Part shown: positions 48,829 to 57,610 of the stretch, piece after piece | Numbering within the stretch: position 1 is the stretch's first letter | How the letters are laid out: each line of letters begins with the position of its first letter | IMG/VR virus record: IMGVR_UViG_3300021979_000001 | Span: 66,948-130,947 of that record | DNA from: a virus | Lineage: Duplodnaviria; Heunggongvirae; Uroviricota; Caudoviricetes | DNA: 64,000 bases | Strand: one strand, 5' to 3' | Program-made: the position numbers and the translations under genes | The notes under the pieces: generated by a model | What the model saw: only the letters and a program-made list of their open reading frames with translations | What the model was told of the DNA's origin: nothing | The model's database searches: none

Positions 48829-49233
48829 TTATGGATGCAATTGCATGTTTGCAACAACAGGTTGACACTTATCAACCGGTCCAAAAACATACGCACATGT
48901 GACAATCGGAATGAGATGTGTCACTTCCCCATCCTTAACAGGATAGGTTGGGTCAAACACCTCTGAAAACAACAGACCGGCATCAACCGATTTCAGCTTA
49001 ACGGAAGAAAAATCCGAATATTTTGCAGCAAGGACAATCGTTGTCCCAAATGCACGATTATCCTTCCACTCTTTTAACCATTCTTCCATTTGCGTTGCCT
49101 GGCTATCGGAAATAATCCACTCCATTTTAGCCACAGCTTCATTTGCAGCATGCGCCGCCTGGGCCATTGCTTTACCTGGGTTCATGCTTTCCATGTCGGT
49201 CCGCATCAGAATATATAAACGAATGTCTTTCAT
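48829..49233 (-). CDS. Pth2-like peptidyl-tRNA hydrolase, paralog 1
   Basis: YILMRTDM..MNPGKAMAQAAHA, TIVL, T..VFGP. Confidence 0.75.
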   Translation of the reverse strand: MKDIRLYILMRTDMESMNPGKAMAQAAHAANEAVAKMEWIISDSQATQMEEWLKEWKDNRAFGTTIVLAAKYSDFSSVKLKSVDAGLLFSEVFDPTYPVKDGEVTHLIPIVTCAYVFGPVDKCQPVVANMQLHP

Positions 49234-49299
49234 TACTGATCACCTTTTTTTAGTAATGTGATATACATATACATATGCATACACCACACTAAAAAAATG

Positions 49300-50118
49300 T
49301 CAATCAAAAGTTTCATGTATATTGTCACTATCAACGTTAAACGTAGTGTTTTTTACCGTTTTGATTTGTCCAGGATAGAATGCCACCCAAATATCAAATC
49401 TCGAACCTTTATCATTTGCTGGCACAAAAATTCCGTCATACCCTAAAGACTTCGTTAATATTTTAAAAATATTTCGGTCTCTGCCAGCCGAATTAAATAT
49501 ATCATGAACCAAATCAATATCAGTATTATTATAATCATATAGCATATTTGTTGCCGTGTTTAAGACAGTTTGATACCCTAAATCGTTTTCATCACCATAA
49601 TTACTTAAAAAGAATTCATCTTCTCGTGCGACTGCATTAATCAATTTCTTTAAATTCGCTTTGGTAATCGTTTTTCGATTCCAAGATAACGGTTTCTGTA
49701 TTGATAAGTAAACCGAATATATAGTATCCCCAAACATTTTGGATTTGTCTATATCCGGTGTAAAATAAAAACCATTACCTTCCATTGTTCCAGTCTGACC
49801 AATGAATTGATCATCAAATACATCAAAAACTTTTTCACTACCATGATAAACGACTAATGGATTACCATTTTTATCCACAACTTTACTATCTCTAAACCAT
49901 GCCTTGAAGGCAGGATTATCGGTAATATCCGAGGTATCATCTTCAATGATTGATTGAGAACGTCTAATGACCAACGGTTTTTGTTCGTTATCTTCTACTG
50001 ATCCAGTCAGCGGTTTTGCAATAGAGGCGACACTTCCCGCAGATGTGCCTCCATCCGTTGAATCTTCACTTAAATCATAATTATTATTAGTTACGGAAAC
50101 AATATCATAATATCTCAT
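49300..50118 (-). CDS. ADP-ribosyltransferase-fold protein (ART-PolyVal-like)
   Basis: FKAWFRDSKVVD..G.PLVVYHG, GFYFT, VYLSIQKPL, GYDGI, VAFYPGQIK. Confidence 0.75.
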   Translation of the reverse strand: MRYYDIVSVTNNNYDLSEDSTDGGTSAGSVASIAKPLTGSVEDNEQKPLVIRRSQSIIEDDTSDITDNPAFKAWFRDSKVVDKNGNPLVVYHGSEKVFDVFDDQFIGQTGTMEGNGFYFTPDIDKSKMFGDTIYSVYLSIQKPLSWNRKTITKANLKKLINAVAREDEFFLSNYGDENDLGYQTVLNTATNMLYDYNNTDIDLVHDIFNSAGRDRNIFKILTKSLGYDGIFVPANDKGSRFDIWVAFYPGQIKTVKNTTFNVDSDNIHETFD

Positions 50119-50148
50119 GTGTTTGCCTTAATATATTAATAATCATAT

Positions 50149-51672
50149 TTATGTTAACGAAAATGATTTTTCATATTGCAATCGAACGGCATTATTTGAT
50201 TTTATTGCTGGTTCACCTTTAGGCCAGGGTCTTTCCAGAACATATTTGGCATAATCAAGTGATGCTCTAGCAGACGTTGCAATTGCATCTTCGCCCATTG
50301 GAAACGGACCATGCAAGCATGATGCTGCATAAACAAATGATGCCATAGGGTCAGTCGCAATAACAGGTTCGGCGGCAGGCCACGGCCCTTTGATAACCAT
50401 TTGTGCATATCTTGCTGTCTGTTTGGGATGTCTTAATATGATTTCTTCTGCCTCGGGCCAACGTGTTTTAAATCCCAACGCCTTTTCCATATATGACATT
50501 ATAAAATCAATATTTTCCGATGCCAGAATTGTTGGTTCTCCCAATATGAACCGACCTTTTAACGTATCATTGGCATAAGATACCGATGCATCTGCGTTCG
50601 TTGCTATATATTTTTCAAGATCAGGTCTTGGGCCAATTTTTTTAATAAGCAATATCAAAAATTTGGGCGACTTTTTCAATACATTAACGATTTTTTTCAT
50701 CATAACACTATCTACGGTTATGCTGTCACGCAACGCAAAATTATAAGCAAGTTCCGGTCTAGATAATATAAATGGAATGGCATCATCCGCAACCGGAACC
50801 GTATCATCCGACAATAATGCTATGTTCCCAACATCATTCAGTTTTTTTACAGTCAGTGTCCCTGCATATCTGGATATTTCATAATTTTTATACGCCTGAT
50901 CTGCCTGATAATATGTCTGCCCTTCGACATACAAATAATCATTTGCAACCGTAATAAAATCTCGAACCGATTTCAAAAATTCGGGGGCATCCATACCAAA
51001 TTTTTCAGTTGAAATTGAAAATACAACATTTGAAAATCCGTTTTTGTCTTTGGTAGTATTAATCAAAGGTTTAATACCCACCCTGGCGGTTGGATGATTA
51101 ATATTCAGATCATCTGCCGTAATCTGATATGCCGTTAATTCACCCAACATATATTCGTCAAACCGTTTCATGCCTTGTGTTTCATCATCCAAATTCATAC
51201 AAGATGTCCAACCACGGTCTGTTGATCTTCCCATATAATCATATGGATGACGTGTAATAACAGTAAGGATATTTGTAGATTTAGATGTAGAACGAATGAT
51301 GTCTTCGTTGAAATTTTTCAACAAATTGGTATTAATCCGACTTAAAAGTTTACCAATTTTTATTAACCGATTATTTTTATCTTTTGCTATGCCTTTGATA
51401 TAGTCAACAATGTCATATCCGTGTTTTGATAACTCGGTTTCAACTTTCTTTAAAGTATCACTTTGCGAAACATCTCTATCAACAATGTCAAGTTTTTTAT
51501 ATAAACGATACCCATTTTTTGACATTTTCCAACCATGTTTCTCCATATGTTTAAACAATTCGGCAAACCGATCTACATTGTCGCATAGCCCATATGTTCT
51601 CATAGTGTTCTTGTATTTTGATAAGGGTATCGATTCCACTATTCTTGACCCAATAATATCTGATATTCTCAT
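50149..51672 (-). CDS. Probable virion-packaged protein with C-terminal 25-aa repeats
   Basis: Leader MRISDII..IVE; TRHPYD..GWTSCM domain; about 5 repeats Y-A-x3-(L/I)-K-G-(R/P)-(W/F)-P-x-(A/G)-E. Confidence 0.65.
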   Translation of the reverse strand: MRISDIIGSRIVESIPLSKYKNTMRTYGLCDNVDRFAELFKHMEKHGWKMSKNGYRLYKKLDIVDRDVSQSDTLKKVETELSKHGYDIVDYIKGIAKDKNNRLIKIGKLLSRINTNLLKNFNEDIIRSTSKSTNILTVITRHPYDYMGRSTDRGWTSCMNLDDETQGMKRFDEYMLGELTAYQITADDLNINHPTARVGIKPLINTTKDKNGFSNVVFSISTEKFGMDAPEFLKSVRDFITVANDYLYVEGQTYYQADQAYKNYEISRYAGTLTVKKLNDVGNIALLSDDTVPVADDAIPFILSRPELAYNFALRDSITVDSVMMKKIVNVLKKSPKFLILLIKKIGPRPDLEKYIATNADASVSYANDTLKGRFILGEPTILASENIDFIMSYMEKALGFKTRWPEAEEIILRHPKQTARYAQMVIKGPWPAAEPVIATDPMASFVYAASCLHGPFPMGEDAIATSARASLDYAKYVLERPWPKGEPAIKSNNAVRLQYEKSFSLT

Positions 51673-52178
51673 ATTGTTATATTCTCTATTATTTTGGCAC
51701 TACCGCACAAATATTCATAACGGGAACCTTCGGATAATTCTGCATTCCAGTAGTTTTTGGCATATTGAATTATTTGATGTTTATTTTCGTATATGGTTTC
51801 ATCACCTAATATATTACTTTCACATATCATGTAAATCTCACCATACCATTTAATATTACATTTATGTATATTGGTTAATGGTTCCACCACGTATACGTAA
51901 TCAGTATACCCGCCCATATAATCAATATCGGAAATCGTTGATGCCAAAAACACGGCATTCATCCGCGAAATTGCATTTTGTGGCCGATATTTTTCCAAAT
52001 ATTGTTCAACCATATTAATTGCATCTTGTTCAGTGTCATCCAAAAAAGGATCATTTGCCCGAACATAACCGTATTGTTGAGGGGAAAGAATTGTGTTTAA
52101 GGGCAATTTGTTTCGCGAACCATGATAATAATTAATCCCGGTTTCGGCTTCCCGCACAATGTTAATGATATTTCTCAC
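51669..52178 (-). CDS. ADP-ribosyltransferase-fold protein
   Basis: YYHGS, SRMNAVFLA, YVYVVEP, YEYL; leader MRNIINIVRE. Confidence 0.55.
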   Translation of the reverse strand: MRNIINIVREAETGINYYHGSRNKLPLNTILSPQQYGYVRANDPFLDDTEQDAINMVEQYLEKYRPQNAISRMNAVFLASTISDIDYMGGYTDYVYVVEPLTNIHKCNIKWYGEIYMICESNILGDETIYENKHQIIQYAKNYWNAELSEGSRYEYLCGSAKIIENITI

Positions 52179-52963
52179 CCTATGACCAACCCATATCCCT
52201 CGTGGCTATCGATCAACGTTTTAATTTCGAGTTCCAGCCGTTCAAATTCGGCAAGGGCTTCCTGTTTTAACGCGTCCCCATTCATCGATATTCCACCTTG
52301 TGGACCCGCCACACTACTGAATTTAGACCTGGCTTCACCCATGATCTGTTTACATACTGCAATTGTGTAATCCCGCATCCAGGGGCGAGAATAAACATCA
52401 TTTAACAGTATTTCCTCCGGGCGGGCATTATATACATGCAAACAAATAGTTTCCTGGTGCATAAACCGACGATGTAAAGTAAGTTTTTTCGTTCCCGTGT
52501 CCCAAGTGTATTGTATATCACGACCAAACATTCTGCCGACCATTTCCTGAAATCCCATTGCCAGATCATATGTCGCAAGAAAACCAGCCCCAGAATTACC
52601 AAGCTGTCCAGGATTTTGAATCATGTAGATATTATTTGTAAACGAAAGGCTAAAAGGATCGATAGATGCACCGGTTCCAGCACCGGTTCCACCCATTGTT
52701 CTACGGTATATTGATCTAACTTCTTGCACCTCATTTGGTAACACATATGATTGCACATCTGGTTGGGTATCTAAAAATACAAAACTTTCCTCTATCGAAT
52801 TACCCGAACGCTGACGATAACGCGACAACGCTTTGTCCAGCGCAATGTCGTAATGTTCAGGGTCAAGTTCAAGATCAATTATGCCGCTACCTAACAGCAG
52901 TCGGACTTCTTTGAGTATCTGGGCACGAGCGGGTGACATCACAATTTTCCTCACATATGACAT
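52175..52963 (-). CDS. gp13: Neck protein (gp13-like)
   Basis: IIDLELDPEHYD..L..A..YRQR, YVLP.EV, W.RDY..A..K...GEARSKF, GGISMNG..L. Confidence 0.85.
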   Translation of the reverse strand: MSYVRKIVMSPARAQILKEVRLLLGSGIIDLELDPEHYDIALDKALSRYRQRSGNSIEESFVFLDTQPDVQSYVLPNEVQEVRSIYRRTMGGTGAGTGASIDPFSLSFTNNIYMIQNPGQLGNSGAGFLATYDLAMGFQEMVGRMFGRDIQYTWDTGTKKLTLHRRFMHQETICLHVYNARPEEILLNDVYSRPWMRDYTIAVCKQIMGEARSKFSSVAGPQGGISMNGDALKQEALAEFERLELEIKTLIDSHEGYGLVIG

Positions 52964-53051
52964 TTAATATATTTATGGTTTTTGGTTGCCAATATCGAAA
53001 ATTATGGTAGTGTCGTCATCGTATAGAATAAAACTCATGGGGGAAGTTATC

Positions 53052-53492
53052 ATGAAACATCAAATATGGCTCAAGGGTGAAAACACCCCGTATTCTGATC
53101 CCAAGTTGTTAACCCATCCACAAATACACAACGAAGATGGCCCCGCAATCATCATTCACGATGATGATGGCAAACTGCAATCCGTCATTTATATGAAAAA
53201 TGGGAAGTTGCATAACCCGGATGGCCCCGCGATGGTCCGTTATAATAAGGGTAAACCGGTCAATGCCCGCTGGATTGTTGATTCCGTTCTACACAACACG
53301 AATGGCCCCGCTATTATCGATTACGATGCTGATGGCAAGGTTCGTAATTATGAATACTGGATTTTGGGGAAACACATCGAAAACGGTTCGGTCTACGACT
53401 GGGCCAAGAACATTGGTGTTGACCCGGCGCAAATGTCATCAGTTGCCGAACATCTTTTTGTTATGAATTTTTCCCCGGAATTAATGCGGTGA
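53052..53492 (+). CDS. H-N-x-D-G-P-A repeat protein
   Basis: Three repeats HNEDGPAII / HNPDGPAMV / HNTNGPAII; start set at MKHQ. Confidence 0.75.
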   Translation: MKHQIWLKGENTPYSDPKLLTHPQIHNEDGPAIIIHDDDGKLQSVIYMKNGKLHNPDGPAMVRYNKGKPVNARWIVDSVLHNTNGPAIIDYDADGKVRNYEYWILGKHIENGSVYDWAKNIGVDPAQMSSVAEHLFVMNFSPELMR

Positions 53493-53866
53493 CTGAAAAT
53501 AATCAGGAATTAAAAATGTGGTTGGTATGTCGAACAGACATTGATATGCCGCGACCAAAAGCTATGGGACAAGCCGGTCATGGCTTTAGTTTGTGTCTTG
53601 TTGCCGCAATGAATAAGAATCCAAATCTCGTGCATGAATATAACACAAATTCGTGCCCAAAAATTGTGATCGGTGCTAAAAATATTGCGGCACTGGAACG
53701 CGCACACCGTGAATGTGTGGATGCCGGGTTATTTGTATCGCCAATTATCATTGATGCAGCAAGAACACATTTTACCGAACCTACCGCAACGGTTTTTGCG
53801 GTTGGGCCATGCTATCGGAATGAACTTCCTACTTTCGTTCAACGCGCACAGCTATTGAAACAATGA
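53489..53866 (+). CDS. Pth2-like peptidyl-tRNA hydrolase, paralog 2
   Basis: KMWLVCRTDI.MPRPKAMGQAGH, PKIVI, DAARTHF, TVFAVGP. Confidence 0.85.
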   Translation: MTENNQELKMWLVCRTDIDMPRPKAMGQAGHGFSLCLVAAMNKNPNLVHEYNTNSCPKIVIGAKNIAALERAHRECVDAGLFVSPIIIDAARTHFTEPTATVFAVGPCYRNELPTFVQRAQLLKQ

Positions 53867-53978
53867 AATATGGTGTCAATTATATGCAATTTACAAAATA
53901 TAATCAGCCACCAGAATTGGTATTGGATATGATCCAGGACACAATGTTGTATCATTTGTAATTGAACGGAATATTCAC

Positions 53979-54443
53979 ATGGCAACATACCAGTTTGAAT
54001 CTTTTCTAAAATGTCCGATATATCATGGTTTTGGAAAATCGACTAGCAAACGAAAAATTTTCAATAATTTTACGGTGGACACGTTTGAAACTGCATACAA
54101 ACGGTATCTGCGTTGTCGGGATGCTGCGAAATGGGAAGCTAATCTGATTTCAATTTCGAATGAAAACAAATTATTATATTCGACCGTATCTGGTATTAAT
54201 AATAAAGAAATCGACATTAAACCATTCATCAATAAACATTATATTACCGATGAAATTGCATTTTCTATGCTTAAAATGGAAATGGCGTATGCAGTCAAAT
54301 GTATAAAAGGATATAATATTAAAATGTTTAAATTATATGATTTAAATGATAATTTAATCGGATATTGTAATAATGTTTCCCCATTAAAACCCGAAGTTAT
54401 ATCGCCATACTTAATTGGCGTCAATTATCATATTACTAATTGA
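53979..54443 (+). CDS. Small-array paralog 1
   Basis: YQF..FETAY..AFSMLKMEMAYAVK..FKLYD..IGYC. Confidence 0.75.
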   Translation: MATYQFESFLKCPIYHGFGKSTSKRKIFNNFTVDTFETAYKRYLRCRDAAKWEANLISISNENKLLYSTVSGINNKEIDIKPFINKHYITDEIAFSMLKMEMAYAVKCIKGYNIKMFKLYDLNDNLIGYCNNVSPLKPEVISPYLIGVNYHITN

Positions 54444-54464
54444 CCCGAAATAAGGAGTTATAAT

Positions 54465-54962
54465 ATGGCAAACGAAACGATCAAACAATATCAGTTTGAA
54501 TATAAACCATGTCCCAATAGATTTACTATTGGTGACATTATTAATAACATTCATAATACATCAGTTTTTGAGACAACCAATTTCAAAGATGCATATATGT
54601 ATTATATCAAAAAAACAATCCCATTAGTATCAGAATTAATTAACATATATATGATTGAAAATGATGAAAAAACATTACTATATAATTATTTAACCGGGAT
54701 TTTAGTGTCAGATGATAATGTTATTAAACATATAAATTATTCTAACAATTTAATATCATTTGATCAATCATTTTCTATACTTAAATTGGAAATGGGATAC
54801 GCGATTAAATCAATATGCAATGTCGCAACAGTATTTCATTTATATGATAATGAACATAATATAATTGGTGCATGTGCGAAAATTGATTCTGATAATTTAG
54901 ATATACGAATTGATAGAAATAAAAATTATATAATTATTAATGGGCATTTATACAGGGGTTAA
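54465..54962 (+). CDS. Small-array paralog 2
   Basis: YQF..FKDAY..SFSILKLEMGYAIK..FHLYD..IGAC. Confidence 0.75.
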   Translation: MANETIKQYQFEYKPCPNRFTIGDIINNIHNTSVFETTNFKDAYMYYIKKTIPLVSELINIYMIENDEKTLLYNYLTGILVSDDNVIKHINYSNNLISFDQSFSILKLEMGYAIKSICNVATVFHLYDNEHNIIGACAKIDSDNLDIRIDRNKNYIIINGHLYRG

Positions 54963-54970
54963 ACGTAGAA

Positions 54971-55480
54971 ATGGCAGAATATCAATTCTTATGGAAAACA
55001 ACCGGTTATGATGATGCTTCACGCAGAATTATTAGTAATTATATTTCGGTGTCAAAGGATTGTGACTTTATTACCGCATGTGAAAAATTTAACAATAAAT
55101 GCAAAAGACATAACCCTAATCCGTATGACGCTACTAAACAATTACAATTGATTTATAGTATCACCGATAATACGTCTACATGTGAAACAATTTATGATCA
55201 CAACCTTGGTTTTTATGACTGTGCGGAAAGTCGTGATTATACAAAAAACATTGTCCCGAATGACCGATATATCACACCATCCGTCGCATTCACTATGTTA
55301 AAATTAGGCGGATATTATGCAGTAAAAGATACGGCAATATGTCTGCCAACTTTTTTTGGTATTTTTGACCTGGATAATATTTATGTAGGTGCAACGGAAC
55401 GTATTGAATATAATAACACAATAAAATGGAAAGAGTATAATAGTATTATAATTAGTATCAATCATCTTACTGATAGCTAA
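54971..55480 (+). CDS. Small-array paralog 3
   Basis: YQF..FITAC..AFTMLKLGGYYAVK..FGIFD..VGAT. Confidence 0.75.
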   Translation: MAEYQFLWKTTGYDDASRRIISNYISVSKDCDFITACEKFNNKCKRHNPNPYDATKQLQLIYSITDNTSTCETIYDHNLGFYDCAESRDYTKNIVPNDRYITPSVAFTMLKLGGYYAVKDTAICLPTFFGIFDLDNIYVGATERIEYNNTIKWKEYNSIIISINHLTDS

Positions 55481-55481
55481 A

Positions 55482-55994
55482 GTGAGAATCGTTGAAATGA
55501 CAATTAACACTTATACATTTTGTTATGAAACCACCTTTTATAGAAAATCAAAAGGATGGATTGAAAGCAAGATTACTCGTGAATACAAAACGGTTATCGA
55601 ATCAGATAACTTCACGGATGCATATTATGGTTTTCTACATCGTCGAAAATATAAATCACCCGCAATATTAAAGCAGGTTATACTTAATACATCAGATAAC
55701 ATTCAAATACAATTATACCATAAATTTTCAGGATTTTCAAATTACGACAATTCTGTATTTGAATATATTGACGGATATAAACATTTATTACCGTTAGATA
55801 ATGTATTCGTTATGCTTAAGTTAAATATGGCATATGCGGTAAAACATATAACCGAGATAATGACGTTTTTTGAAATATATGACCCACAAGGACATCTTAT
55901 CGGAACCTGTTACAATATTAATTTCAAAAAAAATATACAATATTGTTATTATCCAAATCGAAATCTACTAGTTCTTAATAGCGATTTACTCTAA
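55482..55994 (+). CDS. Small-array paralog 4
   Basis: YTF..FTDAY..VFVMLKLNMAYAVK..FEIYD..IGTC. Confidence 0.75.
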   Translation: MRIVEMTINTYTFCYETTFYRKSKGWIESKITREYKTVIESDNFTDAYYGFLHRRKYKSPAILKQVILNTSDNIQIQLYHKFSGFSNYDNSVFEYIDGYKHLLPLDNVFVMLKLNMAYAVKHITEIMTFFEIYDPQGHLIGTCYNINFKKNIQYCYYPNRNLLVLNSDLL

Positions 55995-56010
55995 TAATAG
56001 TGGTTAAACG

Positions 56011-56520
56011 ATGACAAGATATAAATTCGCATGGAAAACAATTTATATAAACGACAGTTACATTAATACAACATCACGTGTTTTCACAAGAATATACGAT
56101 GCTGATTATTTGGATGCGGCTTTTAGTAAATATGAAAATTCATGTTTAAAAAAAGAAAATAAAAGAACATTACTTTATATCTATATTATGTCTGATAATT
56201 ATGGTGGTCCAGGCAAAACAATATATGATTTAAATACTGGGTTTACCGATTGTATTGATTTCGTCATGAAATACTTTATTGATTCCAATAATTATATTTC
56301 ACCGTTACAAGCATTTACCATGCTAAAGATGGGTGCAACAATTGCACGTAAGAATACCGATTCATATAAGCCAACGGTATTTGATCTATTTGATACTAAA
56401 CATAATTATGTCGGGTCTACTGAACGTATTGAATATCAAAACTCGATAAAGTGGTATAGATCAATATCTCACATGGTAACAGACACATCTATTTTGTATA
56501 ATATAAAAGAACATGATTGA
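56011..56520 (+). CDS. Small-array paralog 5
   Basis: YKF..LDAAF..AFTMLKMGATIARK..FDLFD..VGST. Confidence 0.75.
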   Translation: MTRYKFAWKTIYINDSYINTTSRVFTRIYDADYLDAAFSKYENSCLKKENKRTLLYIYIMSDNYGGPGKTIYDLNTGFTDCIDFVMKYFIDSNNYISPLQAFTMLKMGATIARKNTDSYKPTVFDLFDTKHNYVGSTERIEYQNSIKWYRSISHMVTDTSILYNIKEHD

Positions 56521-56547
56521 ATAAATACTCTTAAATATTGGAGTATA

Positions 56548-57609
56548 TTGGCAATGCCACGATTATCATTATGGAATAGTGGAAAGAAAGGCAACGATTA
56601 TAAATTTTTTGACCGAACTATTTCTGAATTTTTTTATGTTTCAGGAACGGCATGCTATATTCATAAGTTTCTTGGCGTTCATGACCAGTCCGACGAACAA
56701 GATCAAGAACCAAATGTCACGAGTATTCAAGACATCGTATTGCTCGAAAATAGAGATCGAAAATATAGTGACCAGGTATATGAACTCCCTGGCATCTACA
56801 ATGTATCTGACAGTGATTTTGACCTGCGTCAAATGGGTTTCTTCCTGACCGGGGATACCATCTACATCGAGTTCCACCTTAATGACATGATCAATCTATT
56901 AGGCCGCAAATTGATTGCAGGTGACGTTATTGAATTGCCGCATTTGCGCGATGATACTGGTTTGGATATGAGTAAACCAGCGATTCCCAAATTTTATGTG
57001 GTTGATGAAGCAACCCGTGCATCGGATGGTTATTCAACAACCTGGTTCCCTCATATCTGGCGGGTTAAAGTTATCCCAATGACCGGCGCACAAGAATATC
57101 AAGACATCCTCGATAAACAAGCAACTGATCCATTCGGTATAACACAAAGTGGTCCTATCGGTGACTTAATGACCACCTTGGGCACTGAACTGGGAATTAA
57201 CGAAGCGATTATTGAAGAAGCGAAAACGCACGTAGCTGCCAGAAATTTTGATAATCGGCAGTTTTATATCCTACTTGATTTTGATGGTGGGCCACCATGG
57301 GTTCACACCGGTGATGGTATTCCACCTAATGGGGCAGAATTGCTTGGCTCGGGCACTAAATATCCAGATGATGCTGTTGAGGGAGATTATTTTTTACGAA
57401 CCGATTGGGCACCACATACTCTTTTTCAAAAGACGGGCAGCAAATGGAAAATAGTTGAACAAGATTATCGACGAGGACATTGGTCTTCTGCACATCGTCT
57501 ATTGGAAGATTTTATCAATCAGAACGGAACGTCAACATTTTCCGATGGATCAACTGCACCAACAAAACAAATGTTGTCACAAGCACTTAAACCGAGAGCG
57601 GATTTTTAA
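56548..57609 (+). CDS. gp14: Neck protein (gp14-like head-tail connector)
   Basis: IQDIVLLENRDRKY, GIYNV, GFFL..DTIYIEFH, GRK..AGDVIELPH; AATAAATA at 56520. Confidence 0.75.
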   Translation: MAMPRLSLWNSGKKGNDYKFFDRTISEFFYVSGTACYIHKFLGVHDQSDEQDQEPNVTSIQDIVLLENRDRKYSDQVYELPGIYNVSDSDFDLRQMGFFLTGDTIYIEFHLNDMINLLGRKLIAGDVIELPHLRDDTGLDMSKPAIPKFYVVDEATRASDGYSTTWFPHIWRVKVIPMTGAQEYQDILDKQATDPFGITQSGPIGDLMTTLGTELGINEAIIEEAKTHVAARNFDNRQFYILLDFDGGPPWVHTGDGIPPNGAELLGSGTKYPDDAVEGDYFLRTDWAPHTLFQKTGSKWKIVEQDYRRGHWSSAHRLLEDFINQNGTSTFSDGSTAPTKQMLSQALKPRADF

Positions 57610-57610
57610 T

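Noticed and set aside
37161-56520. Diversity-generating retroelement behind the paralog arrays
   Set aside because: No reverse transcriptase and no near-identical template/variable repeat pair; paralogs diverge along their full length.
57455-57610. N-terminal extension of the ART ORF
   Set aside because: Overlaps the gp14 3' end; ATG 57611 directly follows the gp14 stop and gives a leader matching the packaging motif.
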